Below, piece after piece: positions 11,497 to 22,081 of a stretch of DNA of 64,000 nt (positions are counted from its first letter, which is position 1; the number at the start of each line of letters is the position of its first letter). The DNA comes from Epithemia pelagica (taxonomy: Eukaryota; Protista; Bacillariophyta). The stretch spans positions 2,108,001-2,172,000 of the forward strand of contig OX337242.1 in assembly GCA_946965045.2 (NCBI GenBank), given 5' to 3'. The notes below the pieces were generated by a model, which was given only the letters and a program-made list of their open reading frames with translations, was not told where the DNA came from and did not search any database. The position numbers and the translations under genes are program-made.

Positions 11497-14400
11497 TTAG
11501 ACTCCCACCATGTCGAAAAACATATTCGACCCTCTCTTGGCGGCCGCCGCAGAGGAAGACGACGAGGACGGTGTCTGTGTAAACTTGGACGGTCCTGGCT
11601 TGAGACGGGATCCACCATGGGGTCGACTGGAGGTGGAAGAAACGGCATAGGGTGACCTAAACATGGCTGGTTCCTTGCGATAATTGCTTGGTTTCCATTG
11701 TCGTACTTCCGATTTCGTACTGGCCGCACTGGTATGTGACTGATGCGACACGACCGACGCGGCACTTGTGGTTCTGGAATACGGAGACGATGGTGGTGGT
11801 GCTGGCACCCTTTGACTCGACGTGGACGATACCGAGTTGGTACTGGGCAACCGCGACAGCGATGTCGACAAATCGTCTTCTCGTTGTTCGACGGGTGGTT
11901 CTCCTCCTCCTCTACTACCGACAGATCCACCGCCCACACTACTCGTTGTACTCGCTGTTCGACGGACTACTGCCAGAGGGGCACCCGAAGGATGACCTTT
12001 GATGGGTACCATTTTCCGCGACAGGTGTTGTTGTTGCAATGAGTCTGTTGTACGAGTGGACGATTTAGATTTGTGGTTGGTTGGTGCAGATGGTGACGGT
12101 GTTCTGGTCTTTTCTTTGGTCGGGTTTGATCGTGTAGAAGAAGAAGAGTGATGACTTGGTGCATGTTCCAAAGAGTCATTGGATCGGTACGGTGCCCGGT
12201 AATTACTCTTGGAAGTACTCTTGTTATTGGTACTTCCACTTTTCCGTTTGGACTTGTGGTGGTGTCGGTGGCTACTGGCACTGCTCTTGCCGTATTTGGA
12301 CCAGAGCATATCAAATGCATCAATATCACCACCATCCGAAAATGAATACGACAAATCGGAAGCACTGTTTCTCCAATCTGCCGACCAACTTTCACGTTCG
12401 TCTTGGTCGCTGAAGGAACTTTCAATTTCTTCGAACGCAATGGGATACTTCTTCTTTTCCCCATGTTTCTTTTCGCGGTCACTTTTTGGTTTGCGTTGGG
12501 ACTTGTCGTCCATTTTGCTGTCCTTGTTCTTGGCGTTGTCGTCCTTGTTGTCTTCTCGCGTCGTTTTACGTTGGAGATCCCGATCGCACTTGTCACTGGA
12601 TAATTCACTAAAATGTCCGTAGTATCGGCTATCGTTCTTTCTCCCTTTGGTGGTTTTGTCATCTTTGTTCTGGCGACGAATAAAATCATAATAATCTTGT
12701 TGTCGTATACCCCCACTGTAGTTTGTTCGGACTCCTCGGTCCCTGCTCATCGTCTTGTCTCCTCTACCCACCTTGGTGCTTCGACGATTGGCAGACGCAT
12801 CTCGTTCTTCTTCTTCGTCGTCGTCCATTAAACTTTTTGTGTGATACATTGGCTTGTGTTGGCTGTGTGGAAATTCTGGTGGGGTGCACGTGGGTATCAA
12901 CTTGAATGTTTCCGTAGTCAACTTGTACACAGCGTCGTGACCTTCATGAGTTGCACTTCGATCCGAAGAAACTTCCTCTTCTTCCTCCTCTTCTTCTTCG
13001 TCTTCATCTGAACTGGTAGTGCTGTCATCCGATGTGTTGTCGTCATTATCATCGTCGTCGTCTTCATCCCAACTTTCTTCTTCCTCTTCTTCTTCTTCTT
13101 CGTCGTCCTCTTCATCTCCACCCGACGATGCCGCCTTTTGCAAGGTTCTCATAAAGGTGTCATCTTCAAAAAAGTGTCCGGGTGACCGTTTCTCTAATTT
13201 GGAGAGATAGGTACTTCGTTTTTGCTTCAATTCTTCCCGCTCGATTTGTTGCTGTAATTGCTCTTGTTTTTCTCGTAATTGTTGTTGTTCTTGTTGGAGA
13301 TGTAGCATGGACGTGGTGGCGGTAATAGTATTGGTGGTGGTATGGGTGGAAGGCTTGCGACTGACTTGCTTGTGTCGTTGGTTTTGATTCACGGGCAAGG
13401 TCGAGGGAATGGACAGAGTATCCGGGCGATGTTGCGACGAGTGGTGGTGGTGGTGGTGGTGGGGAACATGATTGTCATTTCGTGGTTGTTGTTGTTGTTG
13501 GTCAGTCTCATACTCATCCTGCTCATTGTCGCTGGGTCCCGAATGAGACGTGGACTCGGTAATATCCAAGAGCGAAGTAGTGGCCATTTGATGAGCATCG
13601 GCAGCCGAGACATGACTGTGGGGTTTAGACCAGGACCGCTCCATTCTGGAGGAATGGGTCGAGGAGGTGGACGAGCCAATGATTCGGTGATCTTTGTGGA
13701 TTTCCTCCGATCGAACATTGTAAATCTTGAGACTGGACGAAGAAGAAGACGTGGGTGGAATGGGTCTTGTGGTGGTGGTGGTGGACCGTTTGGAATGACT
13801 CGGATGAAGACTGTTGGGTCGATCGACGGACGATCGACTGGAAACAACCTTGAGTTCTGCAGGATCCATAGTTTTGGGATTCTGATTGGAGCGTCGGCGG
13901 GCCATAGGGTGGGCCGATACAGGCATTGCGTCCGAGTGCGACTGCTGCTGCTGCTGCTGCGGTTCTTCCAAAGGAATGACAACGGGCGCCAAATTCTTGA
14001 GTGTATGCATTACGACGGGTTCGGCTGCCGTGGATCGTCGCCATTGAGACGAGGAAGATGCTCGTGAGGATGATGCTTGTTCCAGACCCGCAGTCTCCTG
14101 TTTGAAGTCGACAGTCAAGACGACGGGATCCAAATTGCCCATCATTCCGGACTGTTTGGACAAGTCGGATCCACCCGAACGCTTCCATCGCAATGGAGAC
14201 GCCAAAGTATTGTTATTATTGTTGTTGTTGCTACTTCCCGAGGCAGAAAGTGCGGGTGGATCGGGTGGTCGTGTCCGTTGTTGATGTTGTTGTTGTTGCC
14301 GTTGCGAAGAGTCTTGTGAGGATGGTGGATCATTTGGATTCTCGGACTTGCTGCTGCTGCCGACTCCTCGAGGACGGTTCCGATCCAGATTTTTGCGACG

Positions 14401-15096
14401 ACTCAGAATGGCTTTGTGACCTCCACGTTTGGGTGGGGGTGGTTGCGGACGTTGTTGCTGCTGCTGCTTGGGTGGCTTGGTACACTGCTGCTGGCCATTG
14501 ACAATCACTTCATTTTCATTCGTGACTTCAATCGTTTCGGTTTTGGTGGATCGAGTCGATTTGGTCGATGTTTGTCGTGTCATGCCAATGGGAATGGCCA
14601 GCAGTTGTGATGCCGTGGGTGTTTGGGAATCTGGAAGGTTGTTTACCGAGGGAACCTCACTGTTGTCGTGCTTGTCGTCGTTCTTGTCGTTGTCGTTGTC
14701 GTTGCGGGTGTCAGTATCTTGGGGTTCCCGTGTGTGAAGAATCGTAGTCGACACGAGGTGCTGCGGTGCTGCTCGTTCCTCGACAGTTTCCTCCTCTGTT
14801 TTGGGAGCTTCCTCTCTGGCTTCTTCGTCTTTGTTTTCAATACCATCTTGGGCAAATTCAATTTCAATGGTATCTGGACTAGAAATCAGTTGCATAGTAC
14901 TGCTAGCGGTAGGTAGTCCAGTTCCGTGCTCGTGTTCTTGTTCTTCTTGTTGTGGATGTTGTGCTTCCTGGTGTGGCGATTCCGAATCCAGTGCAATCGT
15001 TGCCGCATCGTGTTGTTGTGGTTGTGGGGTCGTTGTGACACTTTTGGAATGCTGTTTTTCTGTTTGTGGTGGCTGTCGCTTTTTGAAAAAGACCAT
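11497..15096 (-). CDS. Large intrinsically disordered protein (poly-Q/H/S, acidic tract, basic region), function unknown
   Basis: 1199-codon ORF with ATG start; no recognisable folded domain. Confidence 0.7.
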   Translation of the reverse strand: MVFFKKRQPPQTEKQHSKSVTTTPQPQQHDAATIALDSESPHQEAQHPQQEEQEHEHGTGLPTASSTMQLISSPDTIEIEFAQDGIENKDEEAREEAPKTEEETVEERAAPQHLVSTTILHTREPQDTDTRNDNDNDKNDDKHDNSEVPSVNNLPDSQTPTASQLLAIPIGMTRQTSTKSTRSTKTETIEVTNENEVIVNGQQQCTKPPKQQQQQRPQPPPPKRGGHKAILSRRKNLDRNRPRGVGSSSKSENPNDPPSSQDSSQRQQQQHQQRTRPPDPPALSASGSSNNNNNNNTLASPLRWKRSGGSDLSKQSGMMGNLDPVVLTVDFKQETAGLEQASSSRASSSSQWRRSTAAEPVVMHTLKNLAPVVIPLEEPQQQQQQSHSDAMPVSAHPMARRRSNQNPKTMDPAELKVVSSRSSVDRPNSLHPSHSKRSTTTTTRPIPPTSSSSSSLKIYNVRSEEIHKDHRIIGSSTSSTHSSRMERSWSKPHSHVSAADAHQMATTSLLDITESTSHSGPSDNEQDEYETDQQQQQPRNDNHVPHHHHHHHSSQHRPDTLSIPSTLPVNQNQRHKQVSRKPSTHTTTNTITATTSMLHLQQEQQQLREKQEQLQQQIEREELKQKRSTYLSKLEKRSPGHFFEDDTFMRTLQKAASSGGDEEDDEEEEEEEEESWDEDDDDDNDDNTSDDSTTSSDEDEEEEEEEEEVSSDRSATHEGHDAVYKLTTETFKLIPTCTPPEFPHSQHKPMYHTKSLMDDDEEEERDASANRRSTKVGRGDKTMSRDRGVRTNYSGGIRQQDYYDFIRRQNKDDKTTKGRKNDSRYYGHFSELSSDKCDRDLQRKTTREDNKDDNAKNKDSKMDDKSQRKPKSDREKKHGEKKKYPIAFEEIESSFSDQDERESWSADWRNSASDLSYSFSDGGDIDAFDMLWSKYGKSSASSHRHHHKSKRKSGSTNNKSTSKSNYRAPYRSNDSLEHAPSHHSSSSTRSNPTKEKTRTPSPSAPTNHKSKSSTRTTDSLQQQHLSRKMVPIKGHPSGAPLAVVRRTASTTSSVGGGSVGSRGGGEPPVEQREDDLSTSLSRLPSTNSVSSTSSQRVPAPPPSSPYSRTTSAASVVSHQSHTSAASTKSEVRQWKPSNYRKEPAMFRSPYAVSSTSSRPHGGSRLKPGPSKFTQTPSSSSSSAAAAKRGSNMFFDMVGV

Positions 15097-15456
15097 GGTA
15101 CTCCTGTTGTTGTTTTAGGTTGTTCCAGGACAGCGAAACGAGATGAGTGAGGCACACAGGCCCCCGTCCAAACACTCTGCAAATGTATCAAAATGTGAGG
15201 GTGTTGATCCGTTGACACTTTATCCGTTAGGCTGGTCCGTTGGCCAGTACGGTCGCCAAATGGACTTATCTGGTCAACGGTTTGATAAAGTTAGCTAGGA
15301 ACATTCTTTCGGATTGTATAGGGGCCAGGGGCGTACGCTCGGGTTAACTACGCTTCGAAACCATCCGTTGTGCACGTGCATGACACTTAGTTACCGATGT
15401 CACACTTAAGTACTTCTAAATCGAGGCAATTATCGGAATGCCTGCCGGCGCCCACA

Positions 15457-16230
15457 GGGGGTTGATTCGTGGTTCCCTCCTCATCTTTCTTCCGATCTCA
15501 TTTTCCCACAGCGAGGTCTTGTTTCTTGTCGAGAAAATGATGCAATCCTCCACCAGGCAACCAAAGAACCGTTGTCTCAAGTCGCTCGTCTTATGGAATA
15601 GTATGACTTACTAATCTTTTCGGCATTGTCGTCATGAGAGAATTTTCGTCGTCGTCGTCGTCGTTGTCGTCGTCGTCATGAGAGAATACAATCGCAAGCG
15701 TCGTGTGGTTTGGAGGATATGGGTGTGTGTGTGTGTGTACACGGCGAGTCCATCACGCACGCGAGACACTACAAACGTTTGTTCCTCGGGTGTGGCACGT
15801 GAGAGACTCCCCTCTTCTTTGGGTGCCGATAGCGATGCGACAGTCAGTCCACTCGTCGCCACCGTCCACCCAAAACAAGTCTCTTCATGTCTCTGTGTGT
15901 GCCCCCAAAGCGCAAGACCTACTATACTAGTGCAGGGAGTCCACAATGGTGCGCACGTTCCATTCATTCTACTAGTACTTCTGTTCGTTCTACCTGGTAC
16001 ATGAATAATCAAAATAGGGTAGAACGAACTACGACTATTCCTGGGTCCCCATTGTCAACAATGCGGAACCAGGGAACATTTGCCCCAGACGCGCACAGAC
16101 ATAAATTGTTGATCGCGAGACTGTCCAACACAAAACACACATGATTCGAGATTCGGAATCGTCGTTCAAACGACGAACCACCTGCTTGTGAGTGGGTGAC
16201 GAACCAACCAACAAACTACAACCTATCGCG
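15457..16230. repeat. Segment D1, diverged direct duplicate of 17017-17630
   Basis: Shared blocks such as AACCAAAGAACC..CAAGTCGCTCGT..TATGGAATAGTATGA, GATAGCGATGCGACAGTCA and CATGTCTCTGTGTGTGCCCC. Confidence 0.8.
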
Positions 16231-16459
16231 ATACCTCTTTGCTCCACTTCACAAAATTGGCATTGTACACAAATCACCACTTTTCTGCGATGCCACCGCT
16301 TAGGCGTGCTGTAATTTCAAGTTTTTCGGTAATGTTGTGTCTCGCACGTAATCGACCAAGTTGTTGTAGTTGCAAGCTGCGTTGTGGTCAGAAGGCGGGG
16401 ATTGGACATGGTGATTTGAGATTGCATTCCCCATCTTAACGAGAGGACAGGCTATCATC

Positions 16460-17079
16460 ATGGCAACCATCACCAGCAGCCAAACAGTGTGTTCCACAGA
16501 TTCCACAATTCGGACCTCCAACGTCCAAAACCCAAAGCCATGCTCGATCACGGTAGGTCATGGAGCCGGAATATCCCTTGACCAACGGATCTCCAGCGCA
16601 TACTGACATGTATTTCTTTCTCTGTGTGTTTGCAGCTTTCAAAACGATCCAGAATGTCTCGTTTTCAAACATCTGAACGAGAAATTGCGGAGAGCTTTCT
16701 CCGTAACCTTGGCGTCGAGCTCGACGATACCCAGCAGGAGTTTTTGGGAGCCACAATTGGAGAAATACAGCGTCGCATCCAGCTAAACAATGATGAACCG
16801 GTGGACAACGCCGTTGTCCGTTTCATTTTTAATCCAACGGGATTGATGGAGAACCATCTTCCTGGATTGATCGATCATGTCCGCGAATTTTCTCTCGCTA
16901 GGCGGGTTGCCGAGATCCCAGATGAAAGCAACAGCGCTGGAGTCTCGTCTTCGTCGAAATTCGATCGGAGGCGGCGGCGAGATCCTTATGGACAATCACA
17001 CCCAGAGGTCGAGTGCGGGGGGTTGAGTTGCGGTTCCTCCCTCAATTCTCTCTTGCATCATGATGATCCTCCCCACTAG
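16460..17079 (+). CDS. Orphan two-exon gene, copy A (178 aa; exons 16460-16552 and 16636-17079), with a substituted C-terminus
   Basis: ATG-GCA-ACC-ATC start; 83-nt intron GTAGGT...TACTGAC...TTTGCAG in phase 0; homologous to copies B and C up to IPDESNSAGVSS. Confidence 0.7.
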
Positions 17080-17630
17080 GAAACCAAAGAACCATTGTCA
17101 AGTCGCTCGTTGTATGGAATAGTATGATTTACCAATCTTTTCGTTATTGTCGTCATGAGAGAATGCAATCGCAGTCGCAAGCCTCATGTCGTTTGGAGCA
17201 TATGGGTGTGTGCGTATGCACTACAAACGTTTGGGTTTGGCGGGTCCGGCCCTTTCCTCTATTGCGTTCTTTGGGTGCCGATAGCGATGCGACAGTCACT
17301 CCACTGGTAGCCACCGTCCACTCAAAACGAGTCTCATCATGTCTCTGTGTGTGCCCCAAAAGCACAAGACCTACTATACTATAGCAGTGAATCCACAATG
17401 GCGCGCAAGTTCCATTCATTCTAGTAGTTCCATTCGTTTTACCTAGTACATGGATAATCAATATCCGTGGGGTAGAACACCCTATGAGTATTCCTGCATG
17501 GAACATTTGCCCAAGAAGCACACACACAAAACACAAATGAAAGATCCGGTCACCACACCACAAAGTCCCAACCAGAGGAGTGTGACGTTCCACGAACCAA
17601 CCAACCAAGCAACATAGCCACCACAACCCT
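17017..17630. repeat. Segment D2, diverged direct duplicate of 15457-16230
   Basis: Same shared blocks as D1; overlaps the last codons of gene copy A. Confidence 0.8.
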
Positions 17631-17768
17631 GTCCTGTACAATAATAAGATTCATATCTCGAAACACACGCAACACTTCACAGTCGGGGTTCCATCATTGT
17701 CGTACCTGTCTTTGAAGATGCGCACCCACACTGCGTTCCATTCGCGCTCTCTCTCTCTAGCTAGCTAG

Positions 17769-18362
17769 CTAGAATAGAGGGATTACCGAGCAAGAGGTCG
17801 GCGTCAGATTCTCCGTCCAGTCCTGGGTCATGGTTTCCAACATGGACGCCACCGAGTTTGACGACGCCGATCTTGTTGTTTTGGTTGCTACGGTTGGAGT
17901 TGCCTTGGTGGTGAATGGTTCGCTCCCATTGCTCGTTTCCATTGCATGCTGCTGCGATTCGGTCAAATGGGTTGGTTCCTTCTTCTTCTTCGAGGAGGAA
18001 TAGACTTGAAGGGCATCCGAGTCCACGTCGTCGTTTAGTACTAGTAGCCCATGGTTTCGGGCCCGTGGCTTGTCCACTACATTTGGATTTGGTAGTTGTT
18101 TCGACCGAGTTCTTTTGTTGTTCAATTTGCGAGTCATTCGACACAGGCGCACTTCAATCACATCCACAGAAGAAATGGTTTGGAGAACCATATTATTATT
18201 CGGAGACTTGAAGAATTCGGTCTTTGGTTGGAGGACTGGAACGCTTTGTCGCTTTTGTTTCTGTTTTCTAGCCGCCGATCGTGGAGAGCCCTTGTCCGTC
18301 TTGCTCTTGTCTGGGTGTTTGTTCGGAACCACACTGAAGCGTCTCCGAAACAAAAATGCCAT
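17769..18362 (-). CDS. Hypothetical basic, disordered protein (197 aa)
   Basis: ATG-started ORF followed by a (CTAG)/(CT)n-rich 3' region; no domain recognised. Confidence 0.5.
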   Translation of the reverse strand: MAFLFRRRFSVVPNKHPDKSKTDKGSPRSAARKQKQKRQSVPVLQPKTEFFKSPNNNMVLQTISSVDVIEVRLCRMTRKLNNKRTRSKQLPNPNVVDKPRARNHGLLVLNDDVDSDALQVYSSSKKKKEPTHLTESQQHAMETSNGSEPFTTKATPTVATKTTRSASSNSVASMLETMTQDWTENLTPTSCSVIPLF

Positions 18363-18934
18363 GATCCTTGTATATTGCCACCACTAAGGACGATGGCGTT
18401 GTCACGACAAGAAGCTGAAACACGTGGAGAAGACCGTGGCACTCGGGTATTATAAAGGTTTGCAGTAAGCCACGACGATGACGACGACGACGACGACGAC
18501 AAGAACAACAACAACAACAAATTGAGCCCGCTCTCCTCCAAGGAAATCACCAGTCTCTCTCTCTCTCTCTCTCCGTTTTGTTTGCTTTCCGGGAATGGTT
18601 CCGAAACCAGGGCTGTTTTTGTTCGCGCACAAATGTGGGTCTGAAGAGAAACTCTTGCTGTTGTCAATAAGTTGGGTATTGCCCACCATGGCGAGTGGCG
18701 AGGATGATATTATGTGGAACAGGATGAAGCCTTCTTGTTTTCGAGGTGGAAGGTGCACCGCCCAACGTGCAATTGACACACATCTTTGCTTCCGTTCAAA
18801 GCTCAAAATGTCTTTTGCGACTCGCAAGGGTGTAGAAGTCGTACATTAGATAGGCATTATAGATTGTATCATCCTTGATCCGTTGTCCGTTGAATCGGAT
18901 GGCGAGATCGAGATTCGAGATGGAAGGTAGGAAT

Positions 18935-18995
18935 GACACAAGACACAAGACACAAGACACAAGACACAAGACACAAGACACAAGACACAACACAC
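18935..18995 (+). repeat. (GACACAA)n 7-mer microsatellite, about 8 copies
   Basis: Directly visible; a related GAGACAC x2-3 lies at 26281-26299 ahead of copy C1. Confidence 0.9.
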
Positions 18996-19190
18996 AACAC
19001 GGCTGCCAACACCGCTTGGGCGTGCTGTAATTTCAAGTTTTGAGGTAGTTGTGTGTCTCGCACTCTCGCACATTCGAACCAAGTTGTTGTATCTGCAAGC
19101 TGCGTTGTGGTCAGAAGGCGGGGATTGGACATGGTGATTTGAGATTGCATTCCCATTTTGAACATCATAACGAGAGGACAGGCTTTCATC

Positions 19191-19897
19191 ATGGCAACCA
19201 TCACCAGCAGCCAAACGGTGTGTTCCACAGCTTCCACAATTCGGACCTCCAACATCCAAAACCCAAAGCCATTCTCGATCATCACGGTAGGTAATGGAGC
19301 CGGAATATCCCTTGACCAACGGATCCCCAGCGCATACTGACATGTATTTCTTTCTGTGTGTGTTTGCAGCTTTCCAAACGTCAAAGCATGTCGCGTTTTC
19401 TAACATCTGAACGAGAAATTGCGAATAGCTTTCTCCGTAACCTTGGCGTCGAGCTCGACGATACCCAGCAGGAGTTTTTGGGAGCCACAATTGGAGAAAT
19501 ACAGCGTCGCATCCAGCTAAATAATGATGAACCGGTGGACAACGCCGTTGTCCGTCTCAATTATGATGCAACGGGATTGTCGAATCGCTATCTTCGTAGT
19601 CTGATTGATCATGTCCGCGGATTTTCTCTCGCTGGGCGGGTTGCCGAGATCCCAGATGAAAGCAACAGCGCTGGTGTCTCGTCTTTGACGAATCCTATTT
19701 TGGGGAGTTCTGCCGATGGTGAGGGGGACACAAACGACAGCAACGAAACAGTTGCGGACGGTCAAGCAGTCCCGGCTGCCCACAGCAACTGGTCTGTGGA
19801 CGCCGTGGCAGGCTCTGCTGCCCCTTCTCAAATCACCGACTTAACAGCCGAGACCGAGGACACATCAACTATCGAAGGAGGTGATCATGAAGACTAG
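19191..19897 (+). CDS. Orphan two-exon gene, copy B (207 aa; exons 19191-19286 and 19370-19897)
   Basis: Same 83-nt intron with branch point CTGAC and TGCAG acceptor; several exon-1 differences between copies are synonymous in this frame (ACA/ACG, TGT/TGC, CCA/CCT). Confidence 0.75.
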
Positions 19898-21332
19898 AAG
19901 TAGGGCAGCAAAAAGCACTTTGGGGACTTCAAGTTGTGAAGGGGCAGATAAACAAGAAGAAGAGGAAAGGATAATGCGAACAACAAAGTCTCCTGAACTA
20001 ATCTAGGAAAAAGTGTCATAACCTGAAATTTGAAACAGAGTCTCGTGTAAGGCACGCACATGCTTTAGGTTTGTCGGGATGGTGGTGGTGCGGCCCATTG
20101 TCTGTTTGGAAAATTTAAACTGGACTCGCATCCCAAGCGTGGGCAAAGAGAGGGTTTCCAGAATGTCGGACGTGTACCTTGTGGAATGTTCACGCGAATT
20201 TTTCAGTTTGGAGGTGAAGCGGATGTACTCGCTCTCCACGATTGGTGCACTCCTGCTGAATGTCGACCACAGGTCTCGCAAGTGGGAACTTCATGCGATC
20301 TGAAGACGTGTTGGATACGGGAAACGGTATTACATGGAAGCTTCCAGACATGGTAGTCAAGCCGCATGGTGGGAGCATGATGGTCGGTATCGTTGCGATT
20401 GGTGGATCGACCAAAATTCCTGCGAATCTTGGCTTGTGGACAAGAACACTAGATAGACTCTTTCTCCTTTGATGGATCTCGGTGACGAGGTCAGGTCTCT
20501 GTTCCCATCCAACCAAAAGACTTGTGAATTCGCATATACAAGACTATCCTGTCGACAACGAGTTCTTTCATGGTTTGTTTTAGCTACACTATAGTGATAG
20601 TAAAGCAATTCATCTTGTTGTAATATTCAGTTAAATCAATTGATCAATGCGGCAAATATATGTGCGGGTATATCACTGCATGGATGACGGTTCATTAGTA
20701 CCACCACAGTACCAAATCCAAGGTCGAACAATGTAAAATGGAGTATAATTCGAAGAAAGAAAGTCCAAGTTTGTGACACTCTCGCCATCAGTAAGATGGT
20801 CTTTTTCATTGTCATGCAGAGATTTTGTGGTTAGAACGATGTCAACCCACATTTATGCCATACCACCATGGCCTATTGGCTGAACCAATGTCACGGATCA
20901 ACTTTGCGAGTGCTTCGTCCATGACGATGATCCAAGTTGTTGGAGGCTACTACTCCAGCGGAAGATGGCAAAAACAGTGCAATCGCGAACACTTTCTAGG
21001 ATATTATGGACAACTATCATCTGAATGAAGCTGTGCAATATGTTCGCGATTGGAGAACTACATCCCGCGGTATCATCATCGTTGATGCGCAAATCACGAG
21101 TTCTGCACTTCAAAAAATGGAACGAGATACGATAGACACATGTGCACGTGTGGAGGGTCGGCCGGCGAAGACCTACAATCTCTACGAGTAGCTAGAGACA
21201 GAGACCAAGACCAAGTGAATACTGTAGGCATAATATTACAATACAAAATCGGCTCCTTGTCGAACGTGGGACTCGACACCGGGAATTATTAATACTACCT
21301 ACACAGCTTGATAGGGAGTAAGTTCACAACTT

Positions 21333-21353
21333 CCCTGGGACACCCGCTACTTT
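21333..21353 (+). mobile_element. Left terminal inverted repeat of the Transib/RAG-like element (C[C]CTGGGACACCCGCTACTTT)
   Basis: 20/21 match to the reverse complement of 31365-31385 (CACTGGGACACCCGCTACTTT). Confidence 0.85.
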
Positions 21354-21560
21354 CACATTCCGAGCGTTGCGTGTGTACGAGTGGTCTCACATAGGAGTTG
21401 CTCTTTAGTACGAGTAGCCTTTAAGTAGCACGTATCCCCCTCGAAAACTGAGCTCCTACGCTCAATCCCAGCAATTCACCAACCTCATAGCCATATTGAA
21501 AACAAAACAAGAAGACCATGGCGGCAGTTTGATCAACCTTTACACAATCATACCTCTGTC

Positions 21561-22016
21561 ATGCCTCCTCCTGCTACCCGCCAGTGTGCTGTTACGAGTT
21601 TCCCGACAGAAATTGGTCTATTCCTTGTCTCAGAGAGCAACCTCTTTCCATCCGTCCACTCTCATTTTGTTTCTATTTCTGTTCGAGCAATTCACTGCTC
21701 TGCCCATGTAAATCAAGACGATCGATCAATGGAAAGTAAAATGAAAGTGTCATTTTGGTCTGCAAATTCAGACCAACCAGTCCACGAAGCCATTGTTTCT
21801 GTTCCACTTGAATGGTCTCCAAGAATCTTTCTGGCAGCAATACGATTGACCGTCACCCAACGAAACAACGTTTGCCTGTATAAAGTGACCGACACTCCAC
21901 CAGGCTACTGCCGGATCAATGAGGTCCATTGGCTGTATGAGAACATTACAGCAACAACCAGGAGTATTTTGGAAGAGCAACATGCTTTTGTCTTTATTTT
22001 TGGTGGTGACTCGTAA
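21561..22016 (+). CDS. Small ORF inside the transposon, convergent with the transposase; possible ubiquitin-like fold ending in GG-DS
   Basis: ATG starts at 21561 and 21729; alternating beta/alpha pattern; stop lies 65 bp from the transposase stop. The fold call is inference. Confidence 0.45.
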   Translation: MPPPATRQCAVTSFPTEIGLFLVSESNLFPSVHSHFVSISVRAIHCSAHVNQDDRSMESKMKVSFWSANSDQPVHEAIVSVPLEWSPRIFLAAIRLTVTQRNNVCLYKVTDTPPGYCRINEVHWLYENITATTRSILEEQHAFVFIFGGDS

Positions 22017-22081
22017 TCAACACACAAGTACAAAGCAAAAACAAGCAGCAATTAATGATGGTTTATTAGTATCTTTCATGA

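Noticed and set aside
15632-17641. ORFs within the D1 and D2 duplicates
   Set aside because: No frame is preserved in both copies with convincing codon-level support, and no motif was recognised.
21561-22016. RAG2-like call for the convergent ORF
   Set aside because: Only 151 aa with a single hydrophobic-GG motif; a six-blade Kelch propeller needs roughly 350 aa.
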